The position numbers and the translations under genes were made by a program. Shown here one piece after another: positions 38,534 through 48,056 of a stretch of 64,000 bases of DNA (the stretch's first letter is position 1; each line of letters starts with the position of its first letter). The stretch lies in the NCBI RefSeq assembly GCF_004104415.1, contig NZ_CP034669.1; one strand, given 5' to 3'. The DNA comes from Corallococcus coralloides (lineage in GTDB: Bacteria; Myxococcota; Myxococcia; Myxococcales; Myxococcaceae). The notes under the pieces were generated by a model, which did not search any database, was not told the origin of the DNA, and was given only the letters and a program-made list of their open reading frames with translations.

Positions 38534-38980
38534 CTACTGGACCTCCACGGGCAGCGAGAAGGTCTTCTTCTGACGGGCGCAGATCTTCTCCGTGCAGATG
38601 AAGAAGGTCAGCGTCGCGTCCAGCGTGCCCTTTCCGGCGGACACCGCGGTGAAGGGGACCTCGAAGCGCGGATCCACGAACTGCTGGCCGTCCGCCTTCT
38701 TCGCCACCGACTGTTCACGGGTCAGCGTCTTCTGGGCGGGCGTCAGCTGCTTGCCCGTCAGCTCCAGCTTCAGCGGGGCCTCGTCGGAGACGTGGGCGCC
38801 GGGCTTCGACTTGATGGCGAGCACGAACGTGCCCTGCCCTCCGGCCTTCACCTGCGTCGACGTCCCCTCGGTGGTGACTTCGTAGAGGGTGGCGGGGTCC
38901 ACGTCCTGGGCCAGCACCGGCGCGCCGACGAGCGTCAGCAGCAGGGGGGCCAGGGTCGGGAGGCGGCGGGTGCTGGGCAT
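38534..38980 (-). CDS. Hypothetical secreted protein
   Basis: 148 aa; signal peptide LPTLAPLLLTLVGAPVLAQD; no motif recognised. Confidence 0.5.
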   Translation of the reverse strand: MPSTRRLPTLAPLLLTLVGAPVLAQDVDPATLYEVTTEGTSTQVKAGGQGTFVLAIKSKPGAHVSDEAPLKLELTGKQLTPAQKTLTREQSVAKKADGQQFVDPRFEVPFTAVSAGKGTLDATLTFFICTEKICARQKKTFSLPVEVQ

Positions 38981-39045
38981 GGGTGTCTCCAGGAAGGCGG
39001 CGTTCGTATACCGGGGCTTCGGACGCGCGGGGAGCGCTTTCTCTT

Positions 39046-40023
39046 CTAACTCCGCGGCGCGTTCACCTTCACGGCGCCCTTGCGCCCCGGAGGCGGCGGG
39101 GGCAGGGCCAGGGGCGTCTCCAGGGCGGCGGTCCAGACAGGGGCGGCGCCGGCGACGAGGGCCTCCGCCCGCTGGATGATGGGCGTGGCCAGGTCCAGGC
39201 CCGTCGCGGCCTCCATCTCCAGGAGCGCGGGCGAGCTGTTCACTTCGAAGACCTTGGGGTGCCCCTGGACGTCCAGGATGTCCACCGCGGCCACCTCCAG
39301 GCCCACGAGCCGGGCGACCTTCTCCGCCATGGCGCGATGGCTGGGGGACAGCGGCAGGGCCTCCAGGCGGGCGCCCCGGTTCAGCGTGTGCGTGAGGCGA
39401 CCGGGGCGCGGCTTGCGCAGCACGCCGGCGATGGCGTCACCGCCCACCACGAGCACACGCACGTCCTGGCCGGTGCTCCGCACGTACTCCTGCATGACGA
39501 GGTTGTGCCCCAGGCCGAGCACCGCCTCGAGCGCGGCCTCCAGGGACTGGAGGCTTTCGCAGACCATCACGCCGTGCTTCTCCTGGCCCTGGAGGAGCTT
39601 CACCAGCACGGGCACCCCGCCCACCAGGCCGACCATCTCCTTGAGGTGGGCCGCGTCCCGGGCCATCACCGTGGCGGGGATGTCGATGCCGTGGGCGGAC
39701 AGGAGCTGGAGCGCGCGCATCTTGTTGCGCGACTGCGCGATGGCCTGGGCGTGGTTCACCAGGGGCACGCGCGCCAGGCCGAACTGGTTCACCACCGCGA
39801 GCCCGTAGGTGCTGATGGACAGGGCGATGCGCGGGATGACGACGTCGGTGGGCGTGAGCTTCTTGCGGTCGTAGAACAGGGTCGCCTGGCTGCCCCCGTC
39901 CAGATGCATCTGCACCCGGAGCGGGTTGAGCACGCGGACCTTGTGTCCCCTCGCGCGGCCTGCTTCGACGATCCGCCGCGTGGACGAGATGGAAGCGGAG
40001 CGCGAGAGGACAGTGATTTTCAT
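39046..40023 (-). CDS. RimK-family ATP-grasp alpha-L-glutamate ligase
   Basis: 325 aa; ATP-grasp fold with RimK-like motifs (PVLVKLLQGQEKHGVMV…MQEYV…DVRVLVVGG…FEVNSSPAL). Confidence 0.75.
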   Translation of the reverse strand: MKITVLSRSASISSTRRIVEAGRARGHKVRVLNPLRVQMHLDGGSQATLFYDRKKLTPTDVVIPRIALSISTYGLAVVNQFGLARVPLVNHAQAIAQSRNKMRALQLLSAHGIDIPATVMARDAAHLKEMVGLVGGVPVLVKLLQGQEKHGVMVCESLQSLEAALEAVLGLGHNLVMQEYVRSTGQDVRVLVVGGDAIAGVLRKPRPGRLTHTLNRGARLEALPLSPSHRAMAEKVARLVGLEVAAVDILDVQGHPKVFEVNSSPALLEMEAATGLDLATPIIQRAEALVAGAAPVWTAALETPLALPPPPPGRKGAVKVNAPRS

Positions 40024-40101
40024 GGCGGAGGCGACCGGCCCGGCGAGGACCCTATAATCCCCGCCTCCGCCCGCGTAAAGCCGCCTCCGCCTGCCTGCCA
40101 G

Positions 40102-41358
40102 CTACAGCTGGCGGATGGCGCGCACTTCGACGCTGACCGGGGCTTCCGGACGCGACGCTTCGAGCTTGGCGCAGGCGCTGCCCGTGAACCGCACGCCACC
40201 GCTCTCCAGCGACCAGGTGTCGGGGCCCGCGAGCGTGCGCTCGCCGTCGATGTAGACGACGATGAGCTTCTCATCGGAAGGCAGCTGGCTCTGCTCGAGC
40301 GGCGTGAAGCACGGCTCGCCCGGCTGGATCGCCTCGCTGATCGACTTCAGCGCGGCCGCCAGCTCTTCGCGGTTGCCCGCCTGGTAGAAGGAGCGGCCGC
40401 AGAAGCCGGTGCCGACGTCGCAGGTGTCACCCGTGCCGCAGTCGATGCTGGCCTTGCAGGTGCGCGCGAAGCCGCCCTCACGGGCCATCTCGTTGAGGAC
40501 GCTGGGGCCGTCACCCGCCGACGTCTCCGCGCCGAAGCCGATGACGATGGTGGAGATCTTGCTCGCCTTCAGCGCCGACACCGCGGTCACGGAGGCGTTC
40601 TTGTCGAGGCAGCCGCGCTTGAAGTACGGGCTGAAACTGTCCGTGCACTGCGACAGCGTTTCGAGCGTGCAGCGGCACTCAGCGCTGGTGCCATCGTATT
40701 CGTTCTTGTCGTTGCAGTTGGGCAGACCGTCGGTCAGCAGGATGATGATCTGGTCGCGATCCTCGGAGTTGGGCGTCAGGAGCGTACTGGCGAACTGCAG
40801 GCTCGCGCTCGTCGGCGTACCGCCCTGGGGCCGGCCCACGCCGCCGTTGGGGATGGCCTGCAGCTCGGCGTTGACCTCATTCGCGTAGTCTTGGAGAGCG
40901 TCGTCCGAATCCAGGTCCTTCGGGATCAAGGCGCGGACGCTCCCATCCTCGAGGCTGGCGGCAGGCGCGCAGAGCTGAGCCGGGGTGACGGTTCCCGTCG
41001 AAGGGGGAGGCGCCGGGTAGGTCGTCAGGCCGAAGCGGACCAGCTTGCCGCTCTCCGCGAGGAACGGGCCCATGGCGCCCTGGAGTTCCGACCAGCGCGT
41101 GGGGCACTTCGAAGTATCGCAGGGATACTTGTCCTCACACATGAAGGGCGTGCCGTCGTCGTCTCGGAGGTCACACACGCGCGTGCCGTTGACGACCAGG
41201 TCCTTGTTGACCGGCTTCGTCATCGAGGCGGAGATGTCCACGAGGAGCATCACGTCCGGCTTGCTCTTGCGGGCGGCGATCACCGTCTCCTTCGTCGTCT
41301 GGGCAATCGCGAGCGGATCCACCGGCTCGAAGTCATAGGTCTGGCAGCCGGCCATCAC
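40102..41358 (-). CDS. Cys-rich von Willebrand factor type A (VWA) domain protein, probably a lipoprotein whose true start (ATG 41407-41409) is separated by a frameshift
   Basis: VWA MIDAS motif DISASM…; about 24 Cys. Upstream out-of-frame ATG encodes MRATLTP; adding one base to the G5 run at 41389-41393 gives MRATLTPLSALLAGTLGVAVMAGCQ (a perfect lipobox signal). Confidence 0.7.
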   Translation of the reverse strand: MMAGCQTYDFEPVDPLAIAQTTKETVIAARKSKPDVMLLVDISASMTKPVNKDLVVNGTRVCDLRDDDGTPFMCEDKYPCDTSKCPTRWSELQGAMGPFLAESGKLVRFGLTTYPAPPPSTGTVTPAQLCAPAASLEDGSVRALIPKDLDSDDALQDYANEVNAELQAIPNGGVGRPQGGTPTSASLQFASTLLTPNSEDRDQIIILLTDGLPNCNDKNEYDGTSAECRCTLETLSQCTDSFSPYFKRGCLDKNASVTAVSALKASKISTIVIGFGAETSAGDGPSVLNEMAREGGFARTCKASIDCGTGDTCDVGTGFCGRSFYQAGNREELAAALKSISEAIQPGEPCFTPLEQSQLPSDEKLIVVYIDGERTLAGPDTWSLESGGVRFTGSACAKLEASRPEAPVSVEVRAIRQL

Positions 41359-41630
41359 GGCAACACCGAGGGTGCCGGCCAGCAGTGCGCTCAGGGGGTC
41401 AACGTGGCGCGCATAGGCTTTGAGGGTTCCTTCCAGGGGGGAACGACGAACTGCGAATGCCCCAGCGTAACGCGTGGACGCCTACCGAGGCTACAGCGAC
41501 GCGCGGCAGGCAGGTTCCATTCAGGTAATGCTGCCAAGTTGCAACGACAGGCGATCCACGAGGGCTGGTTGGGTTCCCCTGTCGGACATCCGCCTCCTTC
41601 CGGAGGGTGGGGGCCGGCTCGGCGGGCCGC

Positions 41631-42023
41631 TCAAAGCGTGAGGACGCGCGCGCCGTCGGTCAGCCTCCAGATGGAGGCCAGGCCCATGACTTCGTCCAGC
41701 GTGCCGTGCAGTTCCTGGGGCGACAGGCCACAGATGCGCACCGTGGTGTCGCAGGCCACGAGCTTCGCGCCCAGGGCGCGCGCCTCCTCCAGCATGCGGG
41801 CCGGCGTGGGGACATTGAGCCCTTCGGCCCGGGCCGCCTCGGTGCGCTCCCGCTCGCTGTGCGCCAGGCCGAAGCCGCCGCGGACCAGCTGGCGCAGGGC
41901 CTCGAAGGCGAAGACGAAGTAGACGTCGTCGCCCATCGCGGCGGCGGTGATGCCCATGGAGGCCGCCTGATAGGCGGGCTCGTACGTGGCGTGCTGGAGG
42001 AAGAAGAAGACGCGTCCGGCCAT
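41631..42023 (-). CDS. DsrE/DsrF(YchN)-like family protein
   Basis: 130 aa MAGRVFFFLQHATYEPAYQAASMGITAAAMGDDVYFVFAFEAL…VACDTTVRICGL; pattern resembles DsrE-like sulfur-relay/peroxiredoxin-like small proteins. Hidden beneath longer spurious ORFs. Confidence 0.45.
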   Translation of the reverse strand: MAGRVFFFLQHATYEPAYQAASMGITAAAMGDDVYFVFAFEALRQLVRGGFGLAHSERERTEAARAEGLNVPTPARMLEEARALGAKLVACDTTVRICGLSPQELHGTLDEVMGLASIWRLTDGARVLTL

Positions 42024-42104
42024 GGTGGGCCGACCTTAGCGTTATCGAGTCCGGACCGGCAGCCGTCGTATAACGGGGCTCCCCTTCCCCACCGGGAGCC
42101 CCGA

Positions 42105-42758
42105 ATGCCGAGCCAGCCGTCCCGCCCCCGCGGTGTTCGTCCCTCGCCGGTCCTGTTCCGTTCCGCCTCCTCGCGATGGGTGGCGCTGGCCGGTCTCGCC
42201 TTGCTCGCGGGCGTGGGGCCCGTGTCCGAAGCGGCTCCTGTCCCCACGAAGGCACCGACAGCGGCTTCCGTGCCGCCCGCCGCCGTTCCCGGGCCGCTGC
42301 GCACGGAGGCCCTGGGATTGCTCTCTCAACCGGCCGTGGCGCCCGAGGCGGCGTGGCGCAGGTTCGGGCCAGAGGTCGTGCCCGTGCTCGCGGCGCTGGC
42401 GGAGGACACGAGCGTCCCGGATGCGCAGCGGATGCGGGCCGTGACGGCGCTGGCTCGCGTGGAGTCGCCCGAGGCGGGACAGACGCTCCAGGCGATACTG
42501 GAGGATCCGCACCGGCCTTCGGATGTCCGCTCCCAGGCCGCGGCCGCGCTGAGCCAGCGGCTGGGGTTCGAGGCCGTGAAGACGCTGCAGGCCCGGTTGG
42601 AGGACCGCGACCTGCGGTTGCGTGAAGCCGTCGCCCAGGCGCTTGGCCGGCTGGGTGGTCAGCGGGTGCGCGAGGTGCTGGAGGAGCGGATCCCCCTGGA
42701 GGAGGTTCCCCAGGTGCGCGAGGCGCTCCAGCAGGGCCTCACGCTCGCGGAGCCCTGA
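42105..42758 (+). CDS. HEAT-repeat (PBS-lyase type) secreted protein
   Basis: ATG at 42105 (MPSQPSRPRGV…), signal peptide WVALAGLALLAGVGPVSEA, repeated …AA.ALG.LG… HEAT-like units. Confidence 0.6.
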   Translation: MPSQPSRPRGVRPSPVLFRSASSRWVALAGLALLAGVGPVSEAAPVPTKAPTAASVPPAAVPGPLRTEALGLLSQPAVAPEAAWRRFGPEVVPVLAALAEDTSVPDAQRMRAVTALARVESPEAGQTLQAILEDPHRPSDVRSQAAAALSQRLGFEAVKTLQARLEDRDLRLREAVAQALGRLGGQRVREVLEERIPLEEVPQVREALQQGLTLAEP

Positions 42759-42845
42759 GCCGGGCGCCAGGCATGGCGGGGGCGGCCGTTCTGGTGGGCT
42801 GCTCGGGGCTCGCGTCGGGCGGAGCCTTCCGTTAGATGGGAGGCC

Positions 42846-43541
42846 ATGCGCCCCACCGTCCTCCTTTTCGATATCGATGGCACCCTCGTCACCACCGGTG
42901 GTGCCGGCCGCCGAGCCATGGGCCTGGCTTTCGAGCAGCTCCACCGGCGGCGCGACGCGTGCGACGGCTTCAGCATGTCCGGGATGACGGACCGGGCCAT
43001 CGTCCGCAAGGGGCTGGGCGTCATCGGGCAGCCCGACACCGAGGACACCATCAGCGCGGTCATCGACGCGTACGTCGCCCACCTGGGGCTGGAGGTTCCC
43101 AAGGTCGATGCGCGCGAGTACCGGCTGCACCCGGGCATGCGTGAGGCCGTGATGGAGGCTCGCTCGCGGCAGGGCTTCGCGGTGGGCCTGGGCACCGGCA
43201 ACGTGCGCGCGGGCGCCAAGGTGAAGCTGGACCGCGTGGAGATCCACGACCAGTTCGCCTTCGGTGGTTTTGGCTGCGACTTCGAGGACCGCGTGGCGCT
43301 CATCCGGCACGGCGCCCAGGCCGGAGCGGCGCGGCTGGGGCATCCGCTGGAGGCGTGCCGGGTGGTGATCATCGGCGACACGCCGAAGGACGTCGCGGCC
43401 GCCAAGGGCATTGGCGCGGAGACGATTGGCGTGGGCACGGGCAACTTCACGCCCCAGGCGCTGCGCGACGCTGGCGCCGAGTGGGCCTTCGCGGATTTCG
43501 CCGCCCCTGGAGCCATGGAGGCCCTGCTCGTCGGACGGTGA
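42846..43541 (+). CDS. HAD-superfamily hydrolase (phosphoglycolate phosphatase-like)
   Basis: 231 aa; motif I LLFDIDGTLV, motif III/IV …GDTPKDVAAAKG. Confidence 0.8.
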   Translation: MRPTVLLFDIDGTLVTTGGAGRRAMGLAFEQLHRRRDACDGFSMSGMTDRAIVRKGLGVIGQPDTEDTISAVIDAYVAHLGLEVPKVDAREYRLHPGMREAVMEARSRQGFAVGLGTGNVRAGAKVKLDRVEIHDQFAFGGFGCDFEDRVALIRHGAQAGAARLGHPLEACRVVIIGDTPKDVAAAKGIGAETIGVGTGNFTPQALRDAGAEWAFADFAAPGAMEALLVGR

Positions 43542-43583
43542 AGGTGTGGTATCTCCGCCGCCCCTCCGAGGAGTCGTCCACCC

Positions 43584-44705
43584 ATGTCGTCCACGCTCGA
43601 ATCCTATGAGCTGATCCGCTTCGCCGAGGCCTTCGAGGCCCGACTCGCCACGGCGGAGGAGATGGTCATCGGCAGGCCGGGGTTGGAGGCCGAGAAGCAG
43701 TGGCTGGCCTCCGCGCTGGAGCGCCTGCGCGAGGCCCGTGAGCCCGCGGGCGGTCTGCTGGAACAGGTGAAGGACCTGCCGGAGCTCGACGAGGCTCGCG
43801 AGGAGTTCTCGTTCGATCAGCAGGGCCGCTGGGTGGATGCGCTGGAGAAGCTGCACGCAGGCATCACCTTCACCGCCAGCAGCCGCGCCCCCGTCATCGA
43901 GGCCCTCTTCCCCCACCTCAAGTTCCCGCAGCTGCGCCGGGCCCCCTTGGAGCTGGTCAACGAGTACGCCTTGTCGTACGACCGGCGGCTCAAGAGCGCC
44001 TACGTCACGCGCATCTTCTCCCGCGATGACTTCGCCATGGTCCGCCCCGTCGTGGATCAGGTCGCCGCGACGTTCGCGGCGTGGACCGCGAGCCTGTCCC
44101 CCACTCCCCTGCCCCCGGATCAGGAGGCGGCCCTGCGCGAGGCGCTGGTGTCGCTGGGACGGCGCCTGGACGTGGCGCTGCGGCAGGGGCGGCTGCTCGC
44201 CGAGGCCGCGCTCGTTCCCGTGCCTGGGGTCTTCGAGGCCGCGGGCCTCACCCTCAAGCCCCGGAAGCGCGCGGGCAAGTCGCTCGCGCTCTCCGCCGAG
44301 GAGGGTGCTTCAGACCTCTTCGGTGAGGAGGGCGACGCCGGCCAGGAGGAGGCGTTCGAGGGGTCCGAGGAGGCTTCCGGGGATGACTCGCTGGAGGCGG
44401 CTCCCGACGAGCCGGAGGCCGAGGTTCCTCCTCCGGAGGAGACGGTGGCGGAGGCTGGCGGCTCCGAGCCCCAGGCTTCGGACAGTGGCTCCGAGGAGGC
44501 CGCCGCTGCATCCGAACCCGTCGCCGCGGAGGCTCCCGTCGCGGCGCGTCCCGCTCGGCGGGGCCGGCCTCCGAAGAACGCCCCACCGGCCGCCGAGACC
44601 GCGCAGGCCGATGCTCCTTCGGATGCTCCGGCTTCCGGTGCTCCGGCGGCCGTGCGCCCCAAGCGACGCAAGAAGACCGACCCGTCCGAGGCTGGCACGC
44701 CTTGA
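43584..44705 (+). CDS. Hypothetical protein with acidic Ser/Glu/Ala-rich C-terminal half and AT-hook-like RRGRPPK
   Basis: 373 aa; ordered helical N-terminal half, then disordered E/A/S-rich tail ending in basic GRP motif. Confidence 0.5.
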   Translation: MSSTLESYELIRFAEAFEARLATAEEMVIGRPGLEAEKQWLASALERLREAREPAGGLLEQVKDLPELDEAREEFSFDQQGRWVDALEKLHAGITFTASSRAPVIEALFPHLKFPQLRRAPLELVNEYALSYDRRLKSAYVTRIFSRDDFAMVRPVVDQVAATFAAWTASLSPTPLPPDQEAALREALVSLGRRLDVALRQGRLLAEAALVPVPGVFEAAGLTLKPRKRAGKSLALSAEEGASDLFGEEGDAGQEEAFEGSEEASGDDSLEAAPDEPEAEVPPPEETVAEAGGSEPQASDSGSEEAAAASEPVAAEAPVAARPARRGRPPKNAPPAAETAQADAPSDAPASGAPAAVRPKRRKKTDPSEAGTP

Positions 44706-44750
44706 GACCCGACGCGCGGTGAGGCCCCCGCAGTGAAGAGGAACCCGGAC

Positions 44751-47315
44751 ATGGCGGACGTCGCCCTTCCCATCGATCCCCTCCTGCCCGACATCGTCTC
44801 CACGCTCCGGAGCTCGCGGTCGCTCGTCTTGGAGGCGCCGCCTGGCGCGGGCAAGACGACCCGCGTTCCCCGCGCGCTGCTGGAGGCAGGGCTGGGCGCG
44901 GGCAAGGAGATCGTCGTCCTCCAGCCCCGGCGGCTGCCCACCCGGCTCGCCGCGCAGCGCGTGTCCGAGGAGATTGGCGAGCGCGTGGGCGAGACCGTGG
45001 GCTACCAGGTCCGCTTCGAGGACGTCCGCGGTCCCAAGACGCGCATGTCCTTCGTCACCGAAGGCGTGCTCGGACGCCGCCTGCTCACCGACCCCACGCT
45101 TCGTGACGTGGGCATCGTCGTGCTCGACGAGTTCCACGAGCGGCACCTGTCCGCGGACATCTCGCTGGCGCTCCTGCGGCGGCTGCAGGAGACGGCCCGC
45201 CCGGACCTCAAGCTCGTGGTGATGTCCGCGACCCTGGAGGCCGAGCCCGTCCGCGCGTACCTGGGCGGCGCCCCTTCCCTGCGCTCCGAGGGCCGCCGCT
45301 TCGACGTCAGCGTCGAGTACCTCTCCGCCCCGGATGAGCGGCACCTGGATCAGCAGGTCCTCTCCGCGCTCAAGCGCCTGTTCACCCAGGGCGTCGACGG
45401 CGACGTGCTCGTGTTCCTTCCCGGGGCCGGGGAGATCCGCCGCGCGCGCGACACCTGCGCGGAGTTCGCCGAGCGCCACGACGCCGACGTGCTCCCGCTC
45501 CACGGCGACCTCTCTCCCGCGGAGCAGGACCGCGCCGTGCGCCGCAGCTCGCGCCGGAAGATCATCCTGTCCACCAACGTCGCGGAGACGTCCGTCACCA
45601 TCGACGGCGTGGCGGTCGTCATCGACAGCGGGCTTGCTCGCGTGGCGTCCCACTCGCCCTGGTCCGGGCTGCCGCAGCTCAAGCTGGGCAAGGTGAGCCG
45701 GGCCTCCGCCGTGCAGCGCGCCGGCCGCGCGGGCCGCACCCGCGCCGGGCACTGCGTGCGCCTCTACACCCAGCACGACTTCGACGGCCGGCCTGATCAG
45801 GAGGCCCCGGAGATCCGCCGCACCGACCTGGCCGAAACGGTCCTCTCCCTGCGCGCGTCGGGCGTGAAGGACCTGACGGCGTTCCCGTTCTTCGAGCCTC
45901 CCCCCGCCCCTGCCCTGGAGGCCGCGGAGACGCTGCTGCGCCGGCTGGGCGCGGTGGACGCGAAGGGCCAGGTGACGGACGTGGGCCAGCGGCTCTTGCG
46001 CTTCCCCGTCCACCCGCGCCAGGCGCGCGTCATCGTCGAGGGCGAGCGCCGGGGCGTGGGCGGTGATGCCGCCGTGCTCGCGGCCCTCATGGGCGAACGC
46101 GACATCCGCCGCGAAGCCCGCGCCAACCTGGGCGGTGGAGGCCGCGCGTCCGCGCTCGTCAGTGGGCCTTCCGACCTGCTGGAGCTCCTGGAGCGCTTCC
46201 GCGAAGCCGGCCGTTCGGGCTTCGCCTCCGGCCGCATGCAGTCGCTGTCACTGGACTCGGGCGCGGTGCAGTCCGTGGAGCGCGTGCAGAAGCAGCTGCG
46301 CCGCACGGTGCGGGAACAGGGCTCCCGCCCCGGCCGCCCCGAGGACGTGGAGCAGGCGTTGATGCTCAGCGTGCTCGCGGGCTACCCGGACCGCGTGGCC
46401 CGCAGGCGGCGGCCCCGCTCCCCGGAGCTGCTCATGTTCGGCGGCGGCACCACCAGCCTGTCCGAGTCCAGCGTCGTCCAGGACGCGGAGCTGATGGTCG
46501 CCGTGGACGCGGAGGAGCGCCCCGGCCGCGGCGCCGTCGTGCGGCTCGCCAGCACCGTGGAGGCCGAGTGGCTGCTGGACCTCTACCCGGACGCGCTGGA
46601 GGAGGTGGACGCCCTCCAGTGGAACGCGGACTCGCGCCGCGTGGAGCGCCTCACCCGGCTGGCCTACGGAAACCTCGTGCTGGAGGAGACGCGCACGCCC
46701 GCGCCCCCGTCCGAGGAGGCCGCGCGCGTGCTGGCCGCGGCGGCGCTGGCCGCGGGCCCGGAGCGCTTCGCGGAGCCCGAGGCGCTGGAGCAGTGGCGCA
46801 CCCGCGTGGAGCTCCTGGGCAAGGCGTTCCCCGAGGCGGGCTTCCCCTCCGTGGACGCGGACTTCATGCGCGACGCGCTGGCGTCCCTGTGCGTGGGCGC
46901 GCGCAGCTTCTCCGACCTGGAGGGCGTGTCCCTGCTGGATGCGCTCTACGCGCGGCTCACCTCCGAGCAGCAGCGCCTGCTGGCGAACCACGCCCCCGAG
47001 CGCGTCACCCTGCCCGGCGGGCGCGGCGTGAAGGTGCACTACGAGCCCAACAAGCCACCCTGGGTGGAGTCACGGCTGCAGGACTTCTTCGGGATGGCGC
47101 AGGGGCCCAGCGTGGGCGCGGGCCGCGTGCCGCTGGTGCTGCACCTGCTGGCCCCCAACATGCGCGCCGTGCAGGTGACCACGGACCTGGCGGGCTTCTG
47201 GGAGCGGCACTACCCGGCGATCCGCAAGGAGCTGTGCCGCAAGTATCCCCGGCACTCGTGGCCGGAGGATCCACGCCACGCCGAGCCGCCCGCGCCCCGT
47301 CCTCCGAGGCGCTGA
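44751..47315 (+). CDS. hrpB: ATP-dependent RNA helicase HrpB (DEAH-box)
   Basis: Motifs LEAPPGAGKTT, VVLDEFHER, SATL, QRAGRAGR plus HrpB-specific C-terminal domain; ATG at 44751 (MADVALPIDPLL…). Confidence 0.9.
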   Translation: MADVALPIDPLLPDIVSTLRSSRSLVLEAPPGAGKTTRVPRALLEAGLGAGKEIVVLQPRRLPTRLAAQRVSEEIGERVGETVGYQVRFEDVRGPKTRMSFVTEGVLGRRLLTDPTLRDVGIVVLDEFHERHLSADISLALLRRLQETARPDLKLVVMSATLEAEPVRAYLGGAPSLRSEGRRFDVSVEYLSAPDERHLDQQVLSALKRLFTQGVDGDVLVFLPGAGEIRRARDTCAEFAERHDADVLPLHGDLSPAEQDRAVRRSSRRKIILSTNVAETSVTIDGVAVVIDSGLARVASHSPWSGLPQLKLGKVSRASAVQRAGRAGRTRAGHCVRLYTQHDFDGRPDQEAPEIRRTDLAETVLSLRASGVKDLTAFPFFEPPPAPALEAAETLLRRLGAVDAKGQVTDVGQRLLRFPVHPRQARVIVEGERRGVGGDAAVLAALMGERDIRREARANLGGGGRASALVSGPSDLLELLERFREAGRSGFASGRMQSLSLDSGAVQSVERVQKQLRRTVREQGSRPGRPEDVEQALMLSVLAGYPDRVARRRRPRSPELLMFGGGTTSLSESSVVQDAELMVAVDAEERPGRGAVVRLASTVEAEWLLDLYPDALEEVDALQWNADSRRVERLTRLAYGNLVLEETRTPAPPSEEAARVLAAAALAAGPERFAEPEALEQWRTRVELLGKAFPEAGFPSVDADFMRDALASLCVGARSFSDLEGVSLLDALYARLTSEQQRLLANHAPERVTLPGGRGVKVHYEPNKPPWVESRLQDFFGMAQGPSVGAGRVPLVLHLLAPNMRAVQVTTDLAGFWERHYPAIRKELCRKYPRHSWPEDPRHAEPPAPRPPRR

Positions 47316-47331
47316 AGCGAGCGGCGCGGGA

Positions 47332-47832
47332 CTACAGCCGCTTGTGCATCTCCAGGTGGTCGATGCCTGCCTCGTCGAAGACGGCGCCGACGGGCTGGTA
47401 GCCGTGCTTCTTGTAGAAGTCGAGCGCGTAGAGCTGGGCGTGCAGCATGATGCCGTTCACGTTGCGGCGGCGCGCCTCCTCCTCCAGCGACGTGAGGAGC
47501 AGCGAACCCACGCGGGCCTTGCGGTGTGCCTGGAGCACCGCCATGCGGCCAATCTGGCCCCACGTCCCGGTCTGCCCCGCGGGCGGCTCCGGCAGCTTCA
47601 CCAGCCGGCCAGTGCCGATGGCGTGGCCCCCCTGGTAGGCGATGACGTGGTAGGCGTGGGCGTCCTCGGCGTCGCGCTCGATGCCCTCGGGCACGTGCTG
47701 CTCCTCGATGAACACCACCTCGCGGATGGCGAGGGCCTGCATGAGCTCCGCCTCGTCCTTGATGTGGGCGACGGTGACGGGTGCCGGGGAAGTCTCGGGA
47801 GGCGTCGGCATGGCTCCGGGCAAGGTACACAA
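47332..47832 (-). CDS. GNAT-family N-acetyltransferase
   Basis: 166 aa; acetyl-CoA motif RMAVLQAHRKARVGSLLL. Confidence 0.8.
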   Translation of the reverse strand: MCTLPGAMPTPPETSPAPVTVAHIKDEAELMQALAIREVVFIEEQHVPEGIERDAEDAHAYHVIAYQGGHAIGTGRLVKLPEPPAGQTGTWGQIGRMAVLQAHRKARVGSLLLTSLEEEARRRNVNGIMLHAQLYALDFYKKHGYQPVGAVFDEAGIDHLEMHKRL

Positions 47833-48056
47833 AAGCCCGCGCCGCCAACAGGCGGAAAAAGACCACCGCCTGCCGACCCGGCATGCCCCCCGCGCGGTCG
47901 GCGGTTCCCTGCCCCCTGCCCTCGAAAGGGCTTGTCGCGAAAGCCCCGCCGCATCGGGTCATCCGGTTGCAATTGCCCTCTCACGTTGGGAGTCGTGGCG
48001 GGTTCCACTCCGCGCGTGGGCGGGTCCGCTCGGGGGAGGATCATCCCGGGGAGGGC

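Noticed and set aside
41521-42255. 244-aa minus-strand ORF (MPSWGQEPLRTRAPRPRARR…)
   Set aside because: Arg/Pro/Gly-rich with no domain; overlaps both the DsrE-like ORF and the HEAT-repeat gene start.
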